A stretch of DNA of 34,026 nucleotides from an uncultured Alphaproteobacteria bacterium (GTDB lineage Bacteria; Pseudomonadota; Alphaproteobacteria; Bin95), in the NCBI GenBank assembly GCA_963926085.1, contig CAWUWV010000188.1, forward strand, positions 1 through 34,026. The letters run 5' to 3'. Below, in pieces: positions 1 to 9,091 of this stretch. The position numbers were made by a program, and so were the translations under genes. Position 1 is the stretch's first letter. Every line of letters starts with the position of its first letter. The notes beneath the pieces were generated by a model, which was not told the origin of the DNA, did no database searches, and saw only the letters and a list, made by a program, of their open reading frames with translations.

Positions 1-1314
1 ATCGCCGCCGCTATCGAAATTCTAGACGAGCAGGCTACCAACCCAGGGCCACTCGACTTGATTTTGCAACGCTATGTTCGTGCCCGCCGGTATATCGGCT
101 CCAAGGATCGATCATCTTTGGGGGATCACGTGTTCGGCGCAGTCCGACGCCAGGGCCGCTTGGATTGGCGCCTGCGCGCTGCCGGTGCTGAACCCGGCCC
201 TCGCGCGCGCATTCTGGCAGATGCTGTTCTGACCGGCGGCGCATCCATGTACGACTTAAGCGCTATGACTGCCGATGCCCAATACGGCCCACCACCGCTG
301 ACGACAGAAGAGCTCGGTTGGCTGGGTTCACTTGGGCCCCCACCGCTTGCCGGTGCGGGCATGCCGCTTCAGGCAGAACTGGAATGCCCAGATTGGGCCT
401 GGCCTGGGTTCAACGCTGCATTCGGCGACCATGCTGCCGACGAGCTGGCCGCCCTCCGTGAGCCTGCCCCGCTCGATCTTAGGGTCAACACCCTGAAAAC
501 CACCCACGAGCATGCCCTCGCCGAGATCCGCGCCGCCGGGTTCGAAGCACGTGGCATGCCGTATTCACCCTATGGCATTCGATTGATGGAGCGCGTCGCA
601 CTTGGGCGACTGCCTGGGTTACTGGATGGTGCCGTTGATCCGCAAGATGAAGGCTCCCAACTCGTCGCCATGATGGTCGGGGCGCAACCTGGTGAAAGTG
701 TGGTTGATTTTTGCGCTGGGGCCGGCGGCAAAACCTTGGCGCTCGCTGCAGATATGCAGAACAAGGGCCGCCTTTTCGCACTCGATAGTGATGCACGGCG
801 GCTGGAACGATCCGCTCCCCGATACGCTAAGGCTGGGGTTGATAATGTGCAGCGCCGGGAGATTTCAACTGGCGCTGATTCCTGGCTGAAACGCCGGAAA
901 CGCCGCTTTGACCGCGTGCTTGTCGATGCACCATGCACTGGCGTTGGCGCATGGCGGCGCAATCCGGATGCCCGCTGGAGTCGCAAAAGCCCGCCGCTTT
1001 CAGAATTGGTCGCTTTACAGGCCGTCATCCTGGAACGGGCGGCGCGTCTCGTTCGGCCAGGCGGCCGCCTCGTTTACGCCACGTGCTCCATGCTGCCGGA
1101 GGAGAATGAGGCGCAGATCGACGCGTTTTTGAGCAGCCATCCAGACTTCCGCCTCGATCCGCCAGCGCGCTTTCCTGCCCCCCTCACCGGCCCCTATCTG
1201 AAGCTAACGCCAGCCCAACATGGCTGCGATGGGTTCTTCGCAGCAGCGCTTACGCGCACAGAGGTAGAGAAGGCACCAGAAGAAAATTCTGCAGAAACTG
1301 ATCCATCGGACTGA
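1..1314 (+). CDS. RsmB/NOP2/Sun-family SAM-dependent RNA cytosine-C5 methyltransferase; 5' end lies outside the window
   Basis: The frame of ORF 58..1314 stays open back to base 1. Motifs DFCAGAGGKT (SAM pocket), DAPCTGVG and YATCSMLPEENE (the two catalytic-Cys motifs of m5C RNA methyltransferases). Confidence 0.85.
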   Translation: MAAAIEILDEQATNPGPLDLILQRYVRARRYIGSKDRSSLGDHVFGAVRRQGRLDWRLRAAGAEPGPRARILADAVLTGGASMYDLSAMTADAQYGPPPLTTEELGWLGSLGPPPLAGAGMPLQAELECPDWAWPGFNAAFGDHAADELAALREPAPLDLRVNTLKTTHEHALAEIRAAGFEARGMPYSPYGIRLMERVALGRLPGLLDGAVDPQDEGSQLVAMMVGAQPGESVVDFCAGAGGKTLALAADMQNKGRLFALDSDARRLERSAPRYAKAGVDNVQRREISTGADSWLKRRKRRFDRVLVDAPCTGVGAWRRNPDARWSRKSPPLSELVALQAVILERAARLVRPGGRLVYATCSMLPEENEAQIDAFLSSHPDFRLDPPARFPAPLTGPYLKLTPAQHGCDGFFAAALTRTEVEKAPEENSAETDPSD

Positions 1315-1405
1315 ACCGCCCGTTCAGCTGACACACCGAGCCGCCTGAAGGCTCTTCTTGAAATGCGACCGACACTGCTCCAGCATTGGCTGAGAGAGAG
1401 TTTTT

Positions 1406-2060
1406 ATGGGACTGAACTGGCACCCAAGCGATGATCTGCTGGCGGACTATGGCGCAGGTGCCTTAGCCGAAGGCTGGAGCTTGGCTATGGCCTCGCATTT
1501 GGCCATGTGCGCGGACTGCAGAGCCGACGCAATCGCACTTGATGCTATTGGTGGTGCGGCACTTGATAGCCTGCCAGCCGTCCCAATGACCAACTCTACG
1601 CTGGATTACGCGCTCGCCGCTATCCAAGACGCCCGACAGCTACAGCCGGAGCCGCCCAAGCCTTCCAATCCGAACGCCATTCTACCGGCCCCGTTGGCTG
1701 ATTATCTGGGCGGAGATGTGGATGCAATAAAATGGCGGTCTATTGGCGGTAATGTCCGGCAGTGCATTCTGCCAACGACCGATGGCAAGGCATCCGCCCG
1801 CCTGCTGACGATCCCGCCCGGTGCTGTGGTGCCCGAACATACCCATAACGGCCAGGAAATCATTCTGGTGCTGCAAGGCAGCGTTGTTGATGGGGATGCA
1901 GTCTATGGTCCAGGCGGATGTACAGCAGGCCGATGCGGATGTGACCCACATGCCCGCCGCAGGGCCGGGAGACGTGTGCATCTGCTTACTGGTGACAGAC
2001 GGTCCGCTGAAGTTCACTGGGCTGTTGCCGAAGCTGGCCGGATTAATCGCTAAGCTCTAA
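1406..2060 (+). pseudogene. chrR: ChrR-family anti-sigma factor (zinc-binding N-domain plus cupin C-domain), split by a 1-nt frameshift near 1913-1917
   Basis: The N-terminus HPSDDLLADYGAGALAEGWSLAMASHLAMCADCRADAIALDAIGG matches the ChrR anti-sigma domain. ORF 1406..2053 loses similarity after ...DAVYGPG. The expected C-terminus DVQQADADVTHMPAAGPGDVCICLLVTDGPLKFTGLL continues in ORF 1821..2060, one frame over. The junction is at ggc-g-gat. Confidence 0.7.
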
Positions 2061-2758
2061 GCGCGCCAGATCGGCTCTTTCAATCCATCGACGAACGCGG
2101 CATGGGCAGCCTTTTCAGCTTCGGACGCCGTGTGGGGTCGTGCTGGGCGGAATTCGCGCTTGATCTGGGCCATTTGGCCAGAAGCAGACCGGTTTTGCGT
2201 CTTGGATGTATCCTGGGCATCAGCGACAAGTGACAGACCCGGCTGGCGCCCGCCAATGAGTTCCAGATAAACCGCCGCCAGTAGCTGACAATCAACCAGC
2301 GCACCATGCTTGTCACGAACGCTTAGGTCGACGTCGAAGCGACGACAAAGGGCGTCCAGGCTGTTTGCACCGCCTGGAAAGCGACGACGGGCGATTTCCA
2401 GCGTATCGATCAAACGAACTTCAGGCAGTGGTGGGCGATTCAGCCATTTCAGCTCAGCATTCAAAAACTTGGAATCGAAGCTGGCGTTATGGATGACCAA
2501 TGCAGCGTCATCGCCAATGAATTCCAGAAAATCATCAACGATATCAGCGAATACTGGCTTGTCGGACAGAAATTCTTCGGAAAGGCCATGAACGCCGAAC
2601 GCCCCTTCCGGCATGTCACGTTCGGGGTTGATATAGCAGTGATACTCATTCCCGGTCGGCACATGAAAATTAAGCTCGACGCAGCCGATTTCTACCACGC
2701 GGTCGCCTGTTTCAGGGTCAAAGCCTGTGGTTTCGGTATCAAGCACGATCTCGCGCAT
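2057..2758 (-). CDS. dnaQ: DNA polymerase III epsilon subunit (3'-5' proofreading exonuclease)
   Basis: Exo motifs VLDTETTG, IHNASFD and HGALVDCQLLAAVY. Start moved to the internal Met (MREIVLDTETTG, ATG at 2758) from the 2830 ORF start. Confidence 0.9.
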   Translation of the reverse strand: MREIVLDTETTGFDPETGDRVVEIGCVELNFHVPTGNEYHCYINPERDMPEGAFGVHGLSEEFLSDKPVFADIVDDFLEFIGDDAALVIHNASFDSKFLNAELKWLNRPPLPEVRLIDTLEIARRRFPGGANSLDALCRRFDVDLSVRDKHGALVDCQLLAAVYLELIGGRQPGLSLVADAQDTSKTQNRSASGQMAQIKREFRPARPHTASEAEKAAHAAFVDGLKEPIWRA

Positions 2759-2771
2759 CTGGTCTGATCCT

Positions 2772-3398
2772 TTAGGTTCTGGCGTAGTGTTTAGCTGCTT
2801 TGCGACGTGCAACCCGAAGCGCCTTCGCAAGCGCTTCTCGGGTCACGCGCTTGCCGAGGCCACTTGGCAAAATATGATCAGCCCGGCGGCGTTTGACAGC
2901 ATCTGTTGTTTGCTTGGCGCGGATTTGCTCTAACCGCTCCAGCGTGACACCGGGCCGGGCAAGTACGCGGTGCGTTTGAATGTGCTTTGGCGCACTGACC
3001 ACAAGCACCATATCGCAGCGCGTCTCACCGCCGGTTTCAAACAACAATGGCACATCACGCGCAACAATGGGTTGGCGGTTTCGGGCAGCCCGGGCCATGA
3101 AAGCACGCTCACCACGCCCCAGCATGGGATGGATGATGCCTTCAAGCTGCTTGAGTGCAACATCATCCCCAAAAACACGAGCACCAAGGGATGGCCGATC
3201 GACCGCACCATCTTTCACGACGCCTGGAAATGCTGCCTCAATGGGTGCAACAGCACGGCCACCCTTAGCCAGCAGCTTATGGACTTCAGCGTCTGCGTCG
3301 ATCACTGGAATTCCAGCCTGGCGCAGCATCCGCGCAGCCTCACTTTTGCCCATGCCGATAGAGCCCGTAAGGCCGATGACAAATCGTCCGTTCTTCAT
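2772..3398 (-). CDS. coaE: dephospho-CoA kinase
   Basis: P-loop GLTGSIGMGKS near the N-terminus at the internal Met (MKNGRFVIGLTG, ATG at 3398). ATGA overlap with the aroE stop. Confidence 0.85.
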   Translation of the reverse strand: MKNGRFVIGLTGSIGMGKSEAARMLRQAGIPVIDADAEVHKLLAKGGRAVAPIEAAFPGVVKDGAVDRPSLGARVFGDDVALKQLEGIIHPMLGRGERAFMARAARNRQPIVARDVPLLFETGGETRCDMVLVVSAPKHIQTHRVLARPGVTLERLEQIRAKQTTDAVKRRRADHILPSGLGKRVTREALAKALRVARRKAAKHYART

Positions 3399-4240
3399 GT
3401 GAGATCTGCCAAAATGACGTCCCTGAGCGTTGCATCTACAACGGGCTTCACGCCAAACCATGCTTCAAAACCGGGTGTTGCTTGGTGCAACAACATTCCT
3501 AAGCCATCAACACCCTGATTGCCCTGCGCCCGCGCCGCCGCCAATAGCGGCGTTTCTAGCGGGCTATAGACAATGTCATATACAACGGCGCTGCCAGGAA
3601 GATCCTCCAGCACGATATTTAGGGCCGGTTGTCCCGTCATGCCAAGGCTAGTGGTGTTCACCAGAAGGCCGCAGCTTGCGAGCGCGCTAGACCGTTCTAA
3701 CCAATCGATAACTTTGACTTTCTCACCGAATGCATCTGCCAGAGCCTCAGCCTTAGCCCGGGTTCGGTTGGACAAACGGATTTCAGGTGCGCCCGCTTGG
3801 AGCAGCGCGAAAATCGCAGCCCGAGTAGCACCTCCAGCACCAAGGACCATCACTGGCGTCGCTGACGCATCCCAATCCGGTGCCGACGCTTGCAAATGCG
3901 CTAAGAGGCCGGGTGCATCCGTATTTGACCCATGTAGTGACCCATCAGACTGCACAAAAACGGTATTTACGGCACCAATGGCTTCAGCAGCTGCGTCACG
4001 AATATCGACAGTTTGGAAGGCTGTCAGCTTGTGCGGTAGCGTTACATTCGTTCCAGAAAATCCTAGTTTTGGAAGCGCCCGGAATGCCGCTGCGCCGTTT
4101 TCTGGTTCAACCGAAAAAGGGATATAGGCCCCATCAATGCCATATCGTTCTAACCAGTGACCATGAATCAATGGCGAGCGAGAATGACTGATCGGCCACC
4201 CCATCACGCCCGCGATTTTTGCTTTTCCCGTAACAGTCAT
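3395..4240 (-). CDS. aroE: shikimate 5-dehydrogenase
   Basis: The N-terminus GVMGWPISHSRSPLIHGHW and the VLGAGGATRA dinucleotide fold are typical of AroE. ATGA overlap with the maf stop. Confidence 0.9.
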   Translation of the reverse strand: MTVTGKAKIAGVMGWPISHSRSPLIHGHWLERYGIDGAYIPFSVEPENGAAAFRALPKLGFSGTNVTLPHKLTAFQTVDIRDAAAEAIGAVNTVFVQSDGSLHGSNTDAPGLLAHLQASAPDWDASATPVMVLGAGGATRAAIFALLQAGAPEIRLSNRTRAKAEALADAFGEKVKVIDWLERSSALASCGLLVNTTSLGMTGQPALNIVLEDLPGSAVVYDIVYSPLETPLLAAARAQGNQGVDGLGMLLHQATPGFEAWFGVKPVVDATLRDVILADLT

Positions 4241-4842
4241 TGATCAAGCACCCCGGCTTTCCGCAAGGCGCCCAGGAGTGGCGTTAGTGGGAGGCCCAAA
4301 ACTGTGAAAAAGTCGCCATCCACGCGGTCGAAAAGCTGTACGCCAATGCCTTCCATGAAATATCCGCCAACGGATCGCATAGCGTCTTCTCCCACCTCTG
4401 CCAAATATCTGTCTAAGAACGTGTCAGAGAAGTCTCGCATGTGGATATGAGCAGGCTCCACATGGCCCCAAATTTTACCTTGGGGACCAAGCAATACAAC
4501 AGCAGAATGTAAGGTATGCCGCTTCCCACGAAAGGTTTTAAGCTGACTGCGTGCAGCAGACATACTAATGGGTTTGTCAAATCTTTCAGACCCTAAGGCC
4601 AACATTTGATCGGCACCAACGATCAAACTATTAGGATGCACTGATTGTGCCGCCAGCGCTTTTGCCTCAGCCAACGCAAGCGCTGTATCTTCCACGGAGA
4701 GACCATCCGCTAACGCTGTCACTTTGATCGCGTCTTCATCGACATTTGTTGCCAGCGCTTCAAATGCGACGCCAGCGTTTTCCAGTAATTGACGCCGGGA
4801 ACGGCTGGCAGTGGCTAGAACCAGCGGTTTATACGTTCGCAT
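4237..4842 (-). CDS. maf: Maf-like nucleoside triphosphate pyrophosphatase / septum formation protein
   Basis: LVLATASRSRRQLLENAGV at the N-terminus and a Maf-like length from the internal Met at 4842. Overlaps the upstream gene by 14 nt. Confidence 0.8.
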   Translation of the reverse strand: MRTYKPLVLATASRSRRQLLENAGVAFEALATNVDEDAIKVTALADGLSVEDTALALAEAKALAAQSVHPNSLIVGADQMLALGSERFDKPISMSAARSQLKTFRGKRHTLHSAVVLLGPQGKIWGHVEPAHIHMRDFSDTFLDRYLAEVGEDAMRSVGGYFMEGIGVQLFDRVDGDFFTVLGLPLTPLLGALRKAGVLDQ

Positions 4843-5668
4843 GCCGGCCCTCCTGGTGCCGTTCATATAGCTGGATGATTGAAGCCGCCGTTTCCTCAAT
4901 TGAACGTCGGGACACATCAATCACAGGCCAATTCCGCGCTAGAAAATAACGTCTTGCTTCAATCACTTCCTGGCGCACCTGGTCTGTGTCCACATAATCG
5001 GTTTCCGTATCTTCCCCATGCAGATGCACAAGGCGGTGTCGGCGAACTTGGATGAGGCGGCTAGGGTCTGCCGTCAGCCCGACAACAAACGTATCCTTAG
5101 CGCCTAATAATTCTTGCGGCGGTGGTGACGTTGGTACAAACGGCACATTCGCAGCCTTGAGGCCACGGTTCGCCAGATACACACAAGTTGGCGTTTTTGA
5201 TGTGCGGGAGACTCCGCATAAAATTACATCAGCTTCATTCAACGACCAAAGCGACTGACCATCATCGTGGGCCATGGCATAGTTCATTGCTGAAATTCGG
5301 TTGAAATAAGCCTCATCCATTGCATGCTGAAGGCCTGGCTGATTTTTGGATTGTTCACCCAGCACAGATCCCAGCGCCGAAATAGCCCCATCCAGCAACG
5401 ACACTGCCGGCATGCTCATGGACCGGCAGGCGCTCAGCAATCGGCTACGCATGTTATCATCCAGCATCGTCAGGAATACGACGCCTGGTTTATCGGCAAT
5501 GCCTTCGATAACCCGATCGATCTGAGCCGGGCTGCGCACCAGGGTCCAGAAGTGCTCCGTTACCTCAGCCTGCTGGAATTGGGCAAGGGATGCACGGGCG
5601 ACGCTTCGGACCGTATCGCCAGTCGAATCGGAGACCAAATGGAGGTGAACTTTCTTATTCGGCATCAA
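4829..5668 (-). CDS. DUF299-family bifunctional kinase/pyrophosphorylase (pyruvate,phosphate or pyruvate,water dikinase regulatory protein)
   Basis: HLVSDSTGDT N-terminal motif and GVSRTSKTP P-loop. First gene of the minus-strand block next to the origin, as for CC0001 in Caulobacter. Confidence 0.8.
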   Translation of the reverse strand: MMPNKKVHLHLVSDSTGDTVRSVARASLAQFQQAEVTEHFWTLVRSPAQIDRVIEGIADKPGVVFLTMLDDNMRSRLLSACRSMSMPAVSLLDGAISALGSVLGEQSKNQPGLQHAMDEAYFNRISAMNYAMAHDDGQSLWSLNEADVILCGVSRTSKTPTCVYLANRGLKAANVPFVPTSPPPQELLGAKDTFVVGLTADPSRLIQVRRHRLVHLHGEDTETDYVDTDQVRQEVIEARRYFLARNWPVIDVSRRSIEETAASIIQLYERHQEGRHANV

Positions 5669-6133
5669 TCAGGTCCAAAATACGGCGTGGATAGCTTGTA
5701 TAACAGCTGGAAAACCCGGGCATGGAATGGTCATAACTTTCATCTTGGCGAATGCATGGGGATAAGCACCCTAAAGAGGCAGATTCAGCTATGGAGTTTC
5801 TCACATGTTGACGGTGGGTTTAAGAGGCTGGGGATGAACAACATAATTTAATGCTTATCCCCATGATTCACGTTGCCACCCATGTAGGGCAACCGGGATT
5901 TAAGTTGGAAAATCCACACGGAATGCGCAATCTAAGACCACGGATTAAAGCTGTGCATATCCAACTTTAAATCAGTGCTAAACAAGGTTTTCCACGCGAC
6001 TCGACCCCCCAACTACCTTCACTATCAAGATTCAAATTAGAATCTTTAGTTAAGGAAGGGTTTATTGGTTCGGTGGAAAAGGTATCATCCTTGTCATTCC
6101 TCCAATCCTGGTTTGAAGGCAGATATTTCCACC
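5669..6133. other. probable chromosomal replication origin (oriC/Cori-type)
   Basis: 465-bp non-coding gap between divergent DUF299-maf-aroE-coaE-dnaQ and hemE. Seven 9-mers match TTATCCACA or its complement at 7/9 or better: 5686, 5757, 5829, 5855, 5910, 5988 and 6072. Five GANTC sites at 5782, 5865, 5998, 6029 and 6040. AT-rich stretch about 6020-6065. Confidence 0.7.
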
Positions 6134-7150
6134 ATGCTGATTTGCGATGTCCTGGCTGGCCAACCCACCGAACGCCGACCAATCTGGCTCATGCGCCAAG
6201 CAGGTCGGTACTTGCCTGAATATCTGGAATTACGGAAAGCCGCCCGTGATTTCCTGAATTTCTGCTACACGCCGGATATGGCGACAGAGGCAACGTTGCA
6301 GCCTATCCGTCGCTTTGGGTTTGACGCCGCTATCATTTTTTCCGATATCCTGGTCATTCCAGATGCGCTTGGCGTGGATGTGAAATTCATTCCAGGCACT
6401 GGTCCAGTACTGGAAACCATCAAATCCCCAGCAGATATCCAAGCGCTAACACCAAGCGCTGTCGAAGAACATCTGCAACCTGTCTACACAGCGCTTCGGC
6501 AAACACGTGCAGCTCTGCCGGATGAAACGGCGTTGATTGGGTTTGCGGGTGCTCCATGGACATTGGCGGCCTACATGGTCGAAGGCTCTGGCAGCCGGGA
6601 TTATGCAACTGCCCGGAAATTCGCTGTCAATGAACCGGATGCGTTCATGGCGCTGATCAGCATGCTTGAAACTGTTATTGCAGACTATCTGATCCGCCAG
6701 ATAGATGCTGGTGCCCAGATTGTTCAAATTTTTGATAGCTGGGCTGGTGCGCTTCCCGCCTACGGGATTGAACAATGGAGCTTGGCACCGATCCAACGGA
6801 TTGCTGGTGCGGTTAAAGCTGCTCGTCCAGATGCCTATGTGATTGCATTCCCGCGGGGGGCAGATTCCTACCTTGAAGCCTATGCCTCCACTAAATCGAT
6901 CGATGCGGTATCCTGCGGTCAGAGCCTACCAGCTGAACAGATGGCCCGTGTGGCCAATGCGGGGGCTGTCCCACAAGGCAATCTTGATCCGACGGCGCTT
7001 GTTAAAGGTGGCGATATTTTGGATCGTGAGCTTCGCCGTATCCTTGCTGCTACGGAAGACCATCGCCATATTTTCAATCTCGGCCATGGCATCACACCAG
7101 ATACGCCAATTGCCCATGTTGAACGCCTGATTGAGACGGTTAGAGGCTGA
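6134..7150 (+). CDS. hemE: uroporphyrinogen decarboxylase
   Basis: RRPIWLMRQAGRYLPEY signature near the N-terminus. The first ATG (6134) is preferred over the TTG at 6065, which would extend into the origin. Confidence 0.9.
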   Translation: MLICDVLAGQPTERRPIWLMRQAGRYLPEYLELRKAARDFLNFCYTPDMATEATLQPIRRFGFDAAIIFSDILVIPDALGVDVKFIPGTGPVLETIKSPADIQALTPSAVEEHLQPVYTALRQTRAALPDETALIGFAGAPWTLAAYMVEGSGSRDYATARKFAVNEPDAFMALISMLETVIADYLIRQIDAGAQIVQIFDSWAGALPAYGIEQWSLAPIQRIAGAVKAARPDAYVIAFPRGADSYLEAYASTKSIDAVSCGQSLPAEQMARVANAGAVPQGNLDPTALVKGGDILDRELRRILAATEDHRHIFNLGHGITPDTPIAHVERLIETVRG

Positions 7151-7152
7151 TT

Positions 7153-7602
7153 ATGCTGGAGTTTCTGGCAGATATATATCTCTGGACCAAAGCGCTCCAT
7201 GTAATTTCTATGATCGCCTGGATGGCGGGATTGCTCTATTTGCCGCGCCTTTTTGTCTATCACACTGAAGTTGACGCTGGATCGCCAGAATCTGAACGTT
7301 TCAAGATCATGGAACGACGATTATTGCGGGCGATTATGAACCCAGCCATGATCGCAACATTCTTGTTTGGTGGGCTGTTATTGGCGACACCAGGCGTGAT
7401 TGATTGGTCTAGTGGCTGGATCTGGGTGAAGCTCGTATTGGTGTTGGGTCTCAGCCATTTCCATCACTTGATGGGACGTTGGCGGAAGGATTTCGCAGTG
7501 GATCAGAATACGCGGTCCAGCCGATATTTCCGTGTCGCCAATGAAGTTCCAACTTTGGCAATGATCGTGATCGTGATCATGGTTATTGTTCGACCGTTTT
7601 GA
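7153..7602 (+). CDS. hemJ: protoporphyrinogen IX oxidase HemJ (UPF0093/CopD-like membrane protein)
   Basis: KALHVISMIAWMAGLLYLPRLFVYH signature, four predicted TM segments, 2 nt after hemE. Confidence 0.8.
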   Translation: MLEFLADIYLWTKALHVISMIAWMAGLLYLPRLFVYHTEVDAGSPESERFKIMERRLLRAIMNPAMIATFLFGGLLLATPGVIDWSSGWIWVKLVLVLGLSHFHHLMGRWRKDFAVDQNTRSSRYFRVANEVPTLAMIVIVIMVIVRPF

Positions 7603-7828
7603 TCCCATGGATCTACAGCAATCTGCTTGACAAACGTCTTCAAACGCCGCACTAAACCAGCGTTCCTGCGGCGATCGCCCTTTTAGGGTCCCGCCTCTGC
7701 CGCAGATTGGGTCTATTCGCTGCTTGACGGCAAGCTGAGTAGAAACCAGACAAGCCACCCTTAGCTAAACTCGACCTTGACGCCACAAAACATGGAATTT
7801 GATCGTGCTGGATAACGCTCCCCAGACG

Positions 7829-9085
7829 ATGAACCTGCAAGAACTCAAGCAGAAAACTCCGGCCGCTCTCCTAGAGATCGCCGAAGAGCTTGAGATCGAA
7901 AACGCAAGTTCACTCCGCAAGCAAGACCTGATGTTCACCATTCTAAAAGAATGGGCGGACCAGGACGTCGTCATTACTGGCGATGGTGTGCTGGAATTGA
8001 TGCCGGATGGCTTCGGATTCTTGAGATCCCCGGATTCCAATTATCTGCCAGGTCCAGATGATATTTATCTCTCACCTGCGCAAATCCGTCGGTTCAGCTT
8101 ACGGACCGGGGATACGGTCGGTGGTGAAATTCGGGCGCCGAAAAATGGTGAGCGCTATTTCGCATTGGTCAAAATGAACCATGTGAATTATGAGGTGCCG
8201 GAGAAAGTTCGCCAGCGCGTTAATTTTGACAATCTGACGCCGCTTTATCCAGAAGAACGCTTAAAGCTTGAGGTTGATGACCCGACCTCCAAAGACCTGA
8301 CGACGCGGGTGATTGACCTTGTGTCACCGATTGGTAAGGGACAGCGCGCGCTTGTTGTGGCGCAACCCAGGACCGGTAAAACGGTGATGTTGCAGTCTAT
8401 CGCCCATGCGATTGCGACCAACAATCCGGAAGTGAAGCTTCTGGTGCTGCTCATTGATGAGCGCCCGGAAGAAGTCACGGACATGCAGCGCTCTGTTCGA
8501 GGCGAGGTCATTTCCTCGACCTTCGATGAGCCGGCCTCGCGTCACGTGCAAGTCGTTGAAATGGTGATTGAAAAAGCCAAACGCTTGGTTGAGCATAAGC
8601 ATGATGTCGTCATCCTGCTTGATTCCATCACTCGTCTTGCCCGGGCTTACAACACGGTCGTGCCGTCATCCGGCAAGGTGCTGACAGGTGGTGTTGACGC
8701 CAACGCCCTGCAACGCCCGAAGCGGTTCTTCGGTGCGGCCCGAAATATCGAAGAAGGCGGCAGCTTATCTATCATTGCTACGGCGCTGATCGATACTGGC
8801 AGCCGCATGGATGAAGTCATCTTCGAAGAGTTCAAAGGTACGGGCAACGCGGAAATCGTGCTGGATCGGAAGCTCGCTGACAAACGTATCTGGCCTGCCA
8901 TTGATATCGGCAAGTCTGGTACGCGTAAGGAAGAGTTGCTGGTTGACCGTCAGGATCTCAACAAAATGTGGATGCTTCGCCGTGTGCTGATGCCCATGGG
9001 CACCCAGGACGCGATGGAATTCTTGGTTGGCAAGCTACGTGAGACGAAGAGCAACGCAGACTTCTTCGACCAAATGAACCAGTAG
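7829..9085 (+). CDS. rho: transcription termination factor Rho
   Basis: [26 protein letters not shown]-terminus, GFGFLR RNA-binding motif, Walker A AQPRTGKT. 418 aa counted from the ATG at 7829. Confidence 0.95.
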   Translation: MNLQELKQKTPAALLEIAEELEIENASSLRKQDLMFTILKEWADQDVVITGDGVLELMPDGFGFLRSPDSNYLPGPDDIYLSPAQIRRFSLRTGDTVGGEIRAPKNGERYFALVKMNHVNYEVPEKVRQRVNFDNLTPLYPEERLKLEVDDPTSKDLTTRVIDLVSPIGKGQRALVVAQPRTGKTVMLQSIAHAIATNNPEVKLLVLLIDERPEEVTDMQRSVRGEVISSTFDEPASRHVQVVEMVIEKAKRLVEHKHDVVILLDSITRLARAYNTVVPSSGKVLTGGVDANALQRPKRFFGAARNIEEGGSLSIIATALIDTGSRMDEVIFEEFKGTGNAEIVLDRKLADKRIWPAIDIGKSGTRKEELLVDRQDLNKMWMLRRVLMPMGTQDAMEFLVGKLRETKSNADFFDQMNQ

Positions 9086-9091
9086 TAGGCG

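Noticed and set aside
2053-2060. Convergent gene ends with essentially no spacer: chrR/dnaQ overlap, rho/TauD 6 nt, parB/ACAD 8 nt and znuA/enolase 4 nt.
   Set aside because: It is a real feature of the sequence, but compact convergent ends are common in high-GC genomes. There is no additional signal, such as hairpins or repeats, to interpret.
5324-5851. A 175-aa plus-strand ORF spanning the 5' end of the DUF299 gene and the left part of the intergenic region, together with the 6065 TTG extension of hemE.
   Set aside because: The first is antisense to a well-supported gene and runs into the DnaA-box cluster. The hemE family N-terminus begins at the ATG at 6134. Accepting either ORF would erase the origin region without any supporting motif.
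5862-5878. Partial parS-like half-sites: tgattcacgttgcc in the origin, atcacgtgcgaaa at about 11955 and cccacgtgaag at about 27573.
   Set aside because: Each matches only about half of the 16-mer (10/16 or worse). The CACGTG core alone is too common to be meaningful.
5900-6064. CtrA-box candidates (TTAA-N7-TTAA) in the origin region.
   Set aside because: Only imperfect versions were found: TTAA-N7-CTAA at 5967-5981, TTAA-N7-TTTA at 6050-6064 and isolated TTAA half-sites. There is no perfect site, so CtrA control of this origin cannot be claimed from sequence.
7603-7828. The long (226 nt) untranslated region upstream of rho, with a possible TTGACA (7627-7632) -35 element; also considered as a riboswitch or sRNA locus.
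   Set aside because: I could recognise no conserved riboswitch-like structure or convincing -10 element by eye. A long leader is expected for autoregulated rho, so this is ordinary.
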